DNA from: a phage
DNA: 42,822 nucleotides
Reading direction: 5' to 3' (one strand)
Assembly (NCBI GenBank): GCA_018167975.1
Contig: GCA_018167975.1_4333.1
Position 1 is the first letter of the stretch. Every line of letters starts with the position of its first letter. The notes beneath the pieces are model-generated. The model was given only the letters and a program-made list of their open reading frames with translations, did not search any database and was not told where the DNA came from. The position numbers were made by a program, and so were the translations under genes. Below are positions 31,750-38,827 of the stretch, piece after piece.

Positions 31750-31785
31750 GACCTTTCCTTATTACGGCCCCGAAGGGCCGTTGTA

Positions 31786-32136
31786 TTAAGATACAGTTGC
31801 TACGGTGCTGCTGGAGATAATATTACCATATACATCGTGAACAACCACTTTATACGTACCAGAATCGGCGGTAGTGGTTGACGCTTTAGCGTAGGTAGCC
31901 GCGGTAGCCCCGGCGATGGCATTGTTGTTCTTGTACCACTGGTAGGAATAGGGCTCCATACCGCCAGTTACCACTACGGTAAGAGTCATAGTCTGCCCTG
32001 CCGTAACTGCCGTTGTGGCGTTCAGTGCGGTAGAAAAAGACGCTGGCGAGATATTCGCCATGTCGATTTCAACCTGACCATCGGCAGGAGAATCGTCAGA
32101 AACACCGGTAATACGACGTTTGATTACATCAACCAT
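31786..32136 (-). CDS. Ig-like domain protein (probable capsid decoration/accessory)
   Basis: QTMTLTVVVTGGMEPYSYQWYKNN...SGTYKVVVHDVYGN shows the Ig-like YxW...GxY pattern. Confidence 0.5.
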   Translation of the reverse strand: MVDVIKRRITGVSDDSPADGQVEIDMANISPASFSTALNATTAVTAGQTMTLTVVVTGGMEPYSYQWYKNNNAIAGATAATYAKASTTTADSGTYKVVVHDVYGNIISSSTVATVS

Positions 32137-32148
32137 TTTTAAGCTCCT

Positions 32149-32448
32149 TTAGCTTACAGTTCCTGCGTTTTTAAGCGCAGTCAACAGATTTGCTACGGTA
32201 GTGCGCAGCGCGGTTACATCAGTTCGAAGTTTGTTGTACTCCGCTACAAGAGCATCGAACTCGGTCTTAGTCGGGGCATCAGCAGACTGCGCTCCTTCAC
32301 CAGCAGTAATGGCCGCGGGGGCGGCTACAGTAGCTGACTTTTTAACCCCGCCAACTACGCTGGTAGTAGCCGGCGTTACTGGGATGTCAAAGTCGCCGAA
32401 GTCGACATTCTGGAGACTACGCGGTAAGCCTTTTCCGGTCTTAGCCAT
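32149..32448 (-). CDS. Hypothetical head-associated protein (coiled-coil C-terminus)
   Basis: 99 aa immediately downstream of the major capsid gene. Confidence 0.4.
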   Translation of the reverse strand: MAKTGKGLPRSLQNVDFGDFDIPVTPATTSVVGGVKKSATVAAPAAITAGEGAQSADAPTKTEFDALVAEYNKLRTDVTALRTTVANLLTALKNAGTVS

Positions 32449-32507
32449 AATTTACCTCTTAGTAAATGAAAAGAGGGACCGAAGTCCCTCCCGATTATAG
32501 CTTAACC

Positions 32508-33557
32508 TTAAGCACCGACACCAGTTACCAGGAAGGCAATAGGTACATGCTTACGGTCAACAACGCGGTTCCAGTTGGAGGCGTTTGCCAGGTCCTGCCA
32601 GGAAGCAGAGCGTGCTACGGTTTCAGTACCGTTACCGGTGATTACCGCACTGGTGAAGCTGTAGCCCAGTGGGTGCAGCAACCAGGTCTTACGGGTCCAC
32701 AGGGTTTCAACACCGCCGCCGTTACCGCGAGACGCTTCACGCTCGTATTCCAGAGGGTTGGACGGGTTGCCCTCGCCGTAACCGATAGCACCGTTGCCGA
32801 AGATGATGGAGATGAACTTACGGCTAGGGCCAGTGCCGACTACGGTCATGCTGTCGTCAACAATCACGCGGTAGCCCTGGTAGGTGGCAAACATGGTGTT
32901 GTTGTCGGCATCACGGATGAAGTCGATGAGCTGTTGCTTACGCGCCTGTGCATACACAAAGCTGTGCATCGCGATAGCGCCCAGCACTTCACCACCGTTG
33001 CCCATCAGCGCATCGCCCATAGTCTGGGTAGCGTCGATGAATGCGCCAGCGTCGAAGCCCAGAGTAGCGGACACATCAACAACCATGTCGTTCTGCGTAT
33101 GGTATTCATCGGTAGCGGCTACGTTGTCGTTGTACAGACCGAGCGCGGTAGCAATCAGACGGCGTTGCGCCTGGCGCTGCCAGAAGTTATCCAGACGGGC
33201 CGCTACGGAGCGCAGCGGCTGCTGGCTGGTCAGTTCAACGGTCAGGTCTGCCTGTCCGAAGCCTTCGTTCAGATAAGCAACGCGCGCCATCATCTCACCG
33301 GTTTGCACATTACGCGGGGTAGCGATGTCCTGATACACGTCGTTCGAGTAATTAGGCTCGATAGACGTATCAATCGCTTTCCAGAAAGGAATGTTGGCGA
33401 TGCTGGACGGGCCGCGAGCAATCTCGGCAGCGTACGGAGTCGGGGTCAGGATACCGGACTGGAAGAATGCGGTTTTTTCCACCGGGTCCTCGGTCATGTA
33501 AGACGCCAGGACCGGGATGTTGCCAGTTACGATATCGCCGATAGTGGTAATTGCCAT
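32508..33557 (-). CDS. Major capsid protein
   Basis: 349 aa following the scaffold gene; TGAGGAAAT RBS; assignment by synteny and size. Confidence 0.7.
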   Translation of the reverse strand: MAITTIGDIVTGNIPVLASYMTEDPVEKTAFFQSGILTPTPYAAEIARGPSSIANIPFWKAIDTSIEPNYSNDVYQDIATPRNVQTGEMMARVAYLNEGFGQADLTVELTSQQPLRSVAARLDNFWQRQAQRRLIATALGLYNDNVAATDEYHTQNDMVVDVSATLGFDAGAFIDATQTMGDALMGNGGEVLGAIAMHSFVYAQARKQQLIDFIRDADNNTMFATYQGYRVIVDDSMTVVGTGPSRKFISIIFGNGAIGYGEGNPSNPLEYEREASRGNGGGVETLWTRKTWLLHPLGYSFTSAVITGNGTETVARSASWQDLANASNWNRVVDRKHVPIAFLVTGVGA

Positions 33558-33559
33558 TA

Positions 33560-34261
33560 TTATTTCCTCAGGGCTTTAAGTTGCCGTTCAAATTCGGCAG
33601 GGTTCGATTTATACAGAGCTAAACGCTCCGCTTCGCTCATGTCTTTAAACGCTGGTGCGGCCCCGCCGCCTTTGCTGCCGGAAGCCCCGCCGCCGGAAGC
33701 TGCATTTGCTTTAATCAAATGCGAAAACGCTTTGTGTTCGCGCAGGTATTTGCGGAACTGTTCCGGGTCAGTCGTGATTACGTTGCCATCTGCGCCTACA
33801 AACTTAGTAACCACGTCATCGCCTTCGAACTCAGTCTTAACGAACGGTGCGAGAATGTCCACTGCTTCCGGGGTGATAAAGTCACCTGCGAAAGAGCCTA
33901 ACACCGCTTTGCGTTCGCTGCCGAGGATGCGCTCTGCCATTCTGGAGATGCGACCATCTTTCTCGGCTAACACCGGGTCATACTGGCTACGAATCGTTTT
34001 TTCAAACTCGTCCATCTTACCAGCGGCTTTTAATGCCTCCTGGTGTGCGCGCTGCCGTTCTTCTTCGGCCTCTTTTGCTTTGCGAGCGGCTTCTTTCTTC
34101 TCCGCCAGCAATGCTTCCTGGTTGGCCTTAAGCCCGGCAACTTCTTTCTCAATCAGCGCCTGAACTTCTTCAGCGGTGAACATTTTCGGCGCGTCACCGC
34201 CACCGGCTTTATCTTCTGCTCCAGCTTCTTCCTGGAACGGATAACGTAAAAAACGATTCAT
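33560..34261 (-). CDS. Capsid scaffolding protein
   Basis: ORF 33560..34315; ATG at 34259-34261; charged, Ala/Glu/Lys-rich coiled-coil protein immediately upstream of the major capsid gene. Confidence 0.6.
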   Translation of the reverse strand: MNRFLRYPFQEEAGAEDKAGGGDAPKMFTAEEVQALIEKEVAGLKANQEALLAEKKEAARKAKEAEEERQRAHQEALKAAGKMDEFEKTIRSQYDPVLAEKDGRISRMAERILGSERKAVLGSFAGDFITPEAVDILAPFVKTEFEGDDVVTKFVGADGNVITTDPEQFRKYLREHKAFSHLIKANAASGGGASGSKGGGAAPAFKDMSEAERLALYKSNPAEFERQLKALRK

Positions 34262-34343
34262 AGTCAGTATGTCCCCTGGACGTTGGAACCCGGGCCACCC
34301 GGATTTACATGTCAAGAATAAATTATTCCAACATGCAAGGCAA

Positions 34344-34607
34344 CTATTCCAGAATATTCCTCACGTAATCCTGCAACATGAACACCTTCAGCCTCAGTTG
34401 CCGTACGCATTCTGCATTCTGAACGTCGGTAGCCAAATCCTCGTCCGCGTCGCTACTTGGTAGTGCCAGTTTGCACGGCGGCTGCATCATCGTCGTATCC
34501 GGGGATGGAATTGGCGTTTGCGACGGCGCGGGACTTGAGCAGGACGCGAGCATCATCGAAAGTGCACACGCTGCGGCCAGGCGTTTTAACGTACTTAACG
34601 ACTTCAC
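34344..34607 (-). CDS. Outer-membrane spanin (Rz1-like lipoprotein), overlapping the i-spanin gene in another frame
   Basis: GTG start at 34605-34607 with GAGGTGA RBS; signal peptide ending in lipobox LASC; Pro-rich mature region SSPAPSQTPIPSPD. Confidence 0.6.
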   Translation of the reverse strand: MKSLSTLKRLAAACALSMMLASCSSPAPSQTPIPSPDTTMMQPPCKLALPSSDADEDLATDVQNAECVRQLRLKVFMLQDYVRNILE

Positions 34608-34839
34608 GGGTGATCACCTCTGATTTCGTCTTGCCTTCGTTGTCAGCGGCTGCGGCCTTCGATTCATCCTGCTGCTGCCGTTGTGTTTTCTTCGCTAACT
34701 CAGCCTGTGCTTTCTGCTGTTGCTGCGAAACGAGATTCGCCTGGCCTTCGTGCCACCCGCTGTGGTATTGAAAGTAGCCGTGTGCGTATAACAGGATGAT
34801 GAAACATGCTCCTGCTACGACAGTTGCTTTAAGATTCAT
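34453..34839 (-). CDS. Inner-membrane spanin (Rz-like)
   Basis: N-terminal TM (VVAGACFIILLYA) followed by Gln/Ala/Lys-rich coiled coil; AAGGAG RBS; contains the out-of-frame Rz1-like ORF. Confidence 0.65.
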   Translation of the reverse strand: MNLKATVVAGACFIILLYAHGYFQYHSGWHEGQANLVSQQQQKAQAELAKKTQRQQQDESKAAAADNEGKTKSEVITREVVKYVKTPGRSVCTFDDARVLLKSRAVANANSIPGYDDDAAAVQTGTTK

Positions 34840-35090
34840 GTTTCTCCTTTCTCGATAAGTAAAGCCCCGCCATAAAGCGGGGCGCTAGTCCTTATCATTT
34901 AAACATAGAAACGGCGTAATCTCAGTAAACCAGTTACTTTTTACACAAGCAATAGAGTATGGCCCTTCCGAACGCGTCAGCGTAACTACACTCAGGACTT
35001 ACGTCCCGCTTCGTTACCTGCCCGCGCCGCGGTCGCTTGTTCATACTTCACAAGCTCAGGTGAAGCTTAGCATATTTTTAGTGAAAAGTC

Positions 35091-35106
35091 AACTATTCGA
35101 ATAGTT
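35091..35106. promoter_or_regulatory. Perfect 16-bp palindrome AACTATTCGAATAGTT (candidate regulator binding site)
   Basis: Self-complementary; shares the GAATAG/CTATTC half-site with the promoter-embedded palindromes; lies in the 380-bp intergenic region upstream of Rz and the 35222 moron. Confidence 0.4.
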
Positions 35107-35158
35107 TATTCCGACATTTACAATTGAGGGTAATAACTGGAATACGTAAACAAATAGT

Positions 35159-35187
35159 TTGCACACCCCAACATAATAGGGTACTAT
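35159..35187 (+). promoter_or_regulatory. Sigma70-like promoter: -35 TTGCAC, 17-bp spacer, -10 TACTAT, palindrome AATAGGGTACTATT
   Basis: TTGCAC 35159-35164, TACTAT 35182-35187; near-identical to the promoters at 26106 and 4831 (rc). Confidence 0.6.
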
Positions 35188-35221
35188 TCATTACATCGAA
35201 ACGAGAGATAAGGAATTTAGA

Positions 35222-35441
35222 GATGAACAAAGCTACCGCAAACGTGGTCCGCGCTATCGAAGAACTTTACGGCATTGATATCGCGAGCCGTGTGCTTATC
35301 GGAAACAAACGTAACTTTTTTACCTTTTGCACGGATGGTATGGAAGAGAACGATTTTAACAACGTTCAACGTTTTGCTAACGAACACGGTCTACGCAACG
35401 AGCCAGCAGGTTACAAGAAATTCGCTATATTCTTTAAATAA
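35222..35441 (+). CDS. Hypothetical protein encoded by a rightward moron
   Basis: ORF 35124..35441; ATG at 35222 with AAGGAA RBS; own promoter and terminator; opposite in orientation to the flanking head genes. Confidence 0.5.
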
Positions 35442-35470
35442 AACTAAGGCCCCGAAAGGGGCCTTTTATC
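35442..35470. terminator. Bidirectional Rho-independent terminator between convergent genes
   Basis: AAGGCCCC-GAAA-GGGGCCTT (35446-35465), U-tracts on both strands. Confidence 0.65.
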
Positions 35471-35930
35471 ATTCCGGCTTAGTGACCTTCGCCGCTTTAC
35501 TCACAGCCTCTACACCATCGGCATCAGTAACTTTAACGAAGTATTCGCCCGCAGCGTTAACCGTCAGAGACAAAGCCTCTTCCGGGGCGTTTACCACTTC
35601 CTTACCGTCTTTGTACCAGGTCAGCGCATACGGTGCTTTGCCTGCCTTAACTTCGACAGTGATAGTTGCGCTGCCGTCTGCCAGTTCAGCGTCTTTCGGT
35701 TGCACAGAGAAATACACATCGCCTGCGTCCACCAGATACGGAATCTCGTAAAGCATACCCGCTGCGGGTAGTGCAATACCGGTTTTATCTGCAAAAGGCA
35801 TGTCGTCTACTGGTGTACCTAGTACACTTTCGTCCCCAATAGACACCACGTTCTCACCGGAGCCAGACACACGAGCAAACTGGACTACACGACGTGAAGG
35901 CACATCAGTTACTTTGAAAAAGCCCATCAT
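35469..35930 (-). CDS. Ig-like domain structural protein
   Basis: ATITVEVKAGKAPYALTWYKDGKEV...AGEYFVKVTDADG shows Ig-like pattern; ATGA-type coupling with the head morphogenesis gene. Confidence 0.5.
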   Translation of the reverse strand: MMGFFKVTDVPSRRVVQFARVSGSGENVVSIGDESVLGTPVDDMPFADKTGIALPAAGMLYEIPYLVDAGDVYFSVQPKDAELADGSATITVEVKAGKAPYALTWYKDGKEVVNAPEEALSLTVNAAGEYFVKVTDADGVEAVSKAAKVTKPE

Positions 35931-36973
35931 TAATCCCCTTTCAGATAATCAGCGACACGTTTATCGAGTTCCGCCATCTGCTTAAGCGTGAGCGGATTCC
36001 CGAAACCATCTACAGATATTACGCGAAACTCTTCCGGCGATATACCGCTGTTACGGAAAATCTTACCGCGAACAGGGCCGAGTGCCTCATCGATAAACCA
36101 CGCCGGTTGTTGTTTCAGGAACTCGTAATAGGTTGTGTCCGCGCTTACCTGGGTTCCACCTTCTGCACCCTTAGCTGCGCGTTTTGCGCCCTTATCGAGG
36201 AAGTCGAACTCTGAACTGATTACCGGTGCCGTGGTGCTTCTGCACCCAAAATGGGCCGGAGGCATCGGCCCTTTCCCAATTTCCCACGTCATTCCGTCTC
36301 TCGCCCTGCAAATCGTACTGGTACGGCTGTCCAGTGTTGACACCCACTCGTACCTCTCGATGATATCGTCGTTCTGGCGGTACGTCTCGTTACGTGCTTC
36401 GTTGGATACGTGAGACAGCGCGGTGCGGATTACTGTAGCAGCGTATTTCTCTGATACGTCAGCCAGCCCACCTTTACCGACTACTTCTGTAACAATCTGT
36501 CGTGTTGTCTTACCCTGAACAAAGCCCATCTTAACTCCGGTTACAAGACGTGCTACTTCGGTTTCACCCCATCCCGACATCAGTTTAGTGAAGTCAACAG
36601 GCTTGCCACTTAACGATAACGGCTGAAACTCGGCAGCAGCCCACACCTGTTCGGCGGTAGGAGTAACAAATTCCGTGTCTACGTTGGTGGCCAGCGTCTT
36701 TACGTTCCACTCAGCCTCATACGCCGCCAGCTCCTTAAGGTCTTCTGTCAGCTTTGTTTGCCAGTCACCTGTAAGCCCGGTCAGTGCTTCTTCCAGGTCG
36801 CGTAATAGTTTATTCAGTCGCGAGGTGCTTCGCCCGTCGTCACCGAATAGCAGCACCTGCCGTTTGATTTCATCTCGCATTTCCTGAATGAAGGGTGTGA
36901 GGTCTTTCACTTCCCCGGACGCGGTGCGTTGCATCCATATCTGGTGACTGATTAGAGATGTAAGTAAGCTCAT
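35930..36973 (-). CDS. Head morphogenesis protein (SPP1 gp7 / Mu F-like minor capsid protein)
   Basis: ORF 35930..37030; ATG at 36971-36973 with GGAGG RBS; C-terminal TSTICRARDGMTWEIGKGPMPPAHFGCRSTT is the family hallmark. Confidence 0.75.
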   Translation of the reverse strand: MSLLTSLISHQIWMQRTASGEVKDLTPFIQEMRDEIKRQVLLFGDDGRSTSRLNKLLRDLEEALTGLTGDWQTKLTEDLKELAAYEAEWNVKTLATNVDTEFVTPTAEQVWAAAEFQPLSLSGKPVDFTKLMSGWGETEVARLVTGVKMGFVQGKTTRQIVTEVVGKGGLADVSEKYAATVIRTALSHVSNEARNETYRQNDDIIERYEWVSTLDSRTSTICRARDGMTWEIGKGPMPPAHFGCRSTTAPVISSEFDFLDKGAKRAAKGAEGGTQVSADTTYYEFLKQQPAWFIDEALGPVRGKIFRNSGISPEEFRVISVDGFGNPLTLKQMAELDKRVADYLKGD

Positions 36974-37017
36974 ATGCCCTCCTATAGTACCGCCAGTGTA
37001 ACGCATAAAAATAGTAT

Positions 37018-37046
37018 TTGCAGGCACCAATATAATAGGGTACTAT
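37018..37046 (+). promoter_or_regulatory. Sigma70-like promoter: -35 TTGCAG, 17-bp spacer, -10 TACTAT, palindrome AATAGGGTACTATT
   Basis: TTGCAG 37018-37023, TACTAT 37041-37046; followed by CAGGAGGG RBS and the ATG at 37072. Confidence 0.55.
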
Positions 37047-37071
37047 TCAGTTAACTTAAACAGGAGGGTGT

Positions 37072-37317
37072 ATGCAGGAATTACCTAGTTGCGAACGTGA
37101 GTTCATTGGCGGGTTCATACCGGTTAATAATCTCAGTATATCGGACTTATTTGACCTAAGAGAAAATGGCAGACTTTGGGTGTGCAATGCGAAAGATGCT
37201 TCAAAAGCTAGAGTATGGAACTTTAGTTTAATGCGCCGTCCGAACAAATCTGGCGAAGGTGCTGTCGGTATGGATTTGTTGCAACGCAAAGGTAAGCTAT
37301 TTATGAGAGTGCGATAA
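37072..37317 (+). CDS. Hypothetical protein encoded by a rightward moron
   Basis: 81 aa; own promoter, RBS AGGAGGG and terminator; sits between portal and head morphogenesis genes on the opposite strand. Confidence 0.5.
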   Translation: MQELPSCEREFIGGFIPVNNLSISDLFDLRENGRLWVCNAKDASKARVWNFSLMRRPNKSGEGAVGMDLLQRKGKLFMRVR

Positions 37318-37318
37318 A

Positions 37319-37348
37319 ACTAAGGCCCCTTACGGGGCCTTTTCTCTA
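37319..37348. terminator. Bidirectional Rho-independent terminator
   Basis: AAGGCCCC-TTAC-GGGGCCTT (37322-37341) followed by TTCTCT on plus; overlaps the portal stop codon. Confidence 0.6.
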
Positions 37349-38815
37349 CTCCTGTTGCTGTGCTGACTGCGGAATCTCCCCCGCCACCTGAGTAACAGCG
37401 CCTAACGGCACAGGTGCGTCCTCAATCGCCGTTGTAATCTCCTCGTCGGTCCAGTCAGTTACCCCGGCCTTACGCAGCGCGGAGTAGTAGGCGGTTGCTG
37501 GCAGTAAACCAGCGTTAATGTCTGCCATCCACTGTGCGCGGTCTTGCGCCGTCATCGGTTGCAGGAAGAACTCCATGTTCAGCTTGAACTCAATTTCCGT
37601 GCCTTCGCGCAAGCCCAGCATAGCAGCCACCCAACGCAACGCCTCTGTGTATGCCATGCTTACGTTACGCGCAATGGTTGCCATTACGGATGTATCAGCG
37701 CCACGTTGCAGGCGGGCTGATTCAGCGGTAATCTGCTGCGTCGGCGTGATAAGCTGCGCACCAATCTGGATGGCCTGATTCTCTTTATCCAGCATGTTCT
37801 GTTTGGCGAGGTTGTTCTCTCCGGCCTGAACCAGAAACGCATTGCCGCCGTAACCGATGTTATGGCCTGAGCGCGACCCCATGCGCACGCCGTGAGGGTT
37901 GGCTTCCGCCCACTGTTCCATGCTCATGTTCTCGCCCGGGGCAATAAACAGAGTCGGCTGGCCTACGACAAAGCTGGATTCCTCATTATCTGCGCTGTTG
38001 CGGAAATGCCCAATATTAAGCTCCGCCAACGGCAGCAAAGGGGCGTCGTCGATAGTAGCGTCGTTGTTGCTTGCGCCAATGAACGTGAACGGGATTTTGC
38101 CGCGTAACTGTTCGCCGAGTTCCGGGAAGATTTCGATTACTTCGTCCTGAGCGCCACCCTCGGCATCGAAGCGGTAAATGCGCTGGCGGTAGCGACCATC
38201 AATCAGGTCGAGGACACGATATTGCTCACCGAACTTGGTTTCGAACTCTGCACCAGGTTCTGAGTATTCCCATACTTCGCGCAACACGACCATAGTCACA
38301 CGGTTAACTGAACCGACGCGTGTCAGCCGCCAGTTGATGATGTTCTCCGCGGTATAGAATGCGATGACCGGGTTTAATAATCCCGCGTTCTGCTCCGCCG
38401 CCGTTGCTGCGGCTGTCTCCGGGGCGTCCACCAGCAACCCACCGCGGCCTACCGAGTCAATCTCCATTAGCGTATCCTGCGCGTGCTGCCACAGCCCGAC
38501 GCCCGAACCGTCGGCATTACGTAACAGGTACCCCAGTTCAGGCGGAATAATCTGTTCAGGGTCTTTGCGCATCACCGACCCAACCATCCCCGCCAGGGTA
38601 CGTTTGGTGAAGTTGTAGCAGATAGCGCCGTTCTCGTATTCTTCCTGGCGCTGCGCCGCGTAGGTAGGGTCAGGCTCGTTCTTCCCGACATTGCGCAGAT
38701 AACGAATAAGGTCGCCTTCCAGCGCATGACGTACCTTCTGCCATTTATCGAAGTGATGCAGCCATTCCCGGTGTTTTGTCTTAACACCCTGATTCTGACC
38801 GTTCATAGTTAACAT
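37346..38815 (-). CDS. Portal protein
   Basis: 489 aa directly downstream of the large terminase gene; AGAGGA RBS; assignment by synteny and size. Confidence 0.75.
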   Translation of the reverse strand: MLTMNGQNQGVKTKHREWLHHFDKWQKVRHALEGDLIRYLRNVGKNEPDPTYAAQRQEEYENGAICYNFTKRTLAGMVGSVMRKDPEQIIPPELGYLLRNADGSGVGLWQHAQDTLMEIDSVGRGGLLVDAPETAAATAAEQNAGLLNPVIAFYTAENIINWRLTRVGSVNRVTMVVLREVWEYSEPGAEFETKFGEQYRVLDLIDGRYRQRIYRFDAEGGAQDEVIEIFPELGEQLRGKIPFTFIGASNNDATIDDAPLLPLAELNIGHFRNSADNEESSFVVGQPTLFIAPGENMSMEQWAEANPHGVRMGSRSGHNIGYGGNAFLVQAGENNLAKQNMLDKENQAIQIGAQLITPTQQITAESARLQRGADTSVMATIARNVSMAYTEALRWVAAMLGLREGTEIEFKLNMEFFLQPMTAQDRAQWMADINAGLLPATAYYSALRKAGVTDWTDEEITTAIEDAPVPLGAVTQVAGEIPQSAQQQE

Positions 38816-38827
38816 TGAATAATCCTC

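Noticed and set aside
32466-34163. 565-aa plus-strand ORF spanning the major capsid and scaffold region
   Set aside because: Antisense to two syntenic structural genes with good RBSs; the product is low-complexity (Ala/Ser/Arg/Gly-rich) with no motif; long antisense ORFs are common in GC-rich coding DNA.
34457-34771. Plus-strand 104-aa Cys-rich ORF antisense to Rz
   Set aside because: The Rz/Rz1 pair on the minus strand has RBSs, a TM segment and a lipobox; the antisense ORF has neither RBS nor promoter and its Cys-rich composition reflects the GCA/GCT-rich coiled-coil coding strand.
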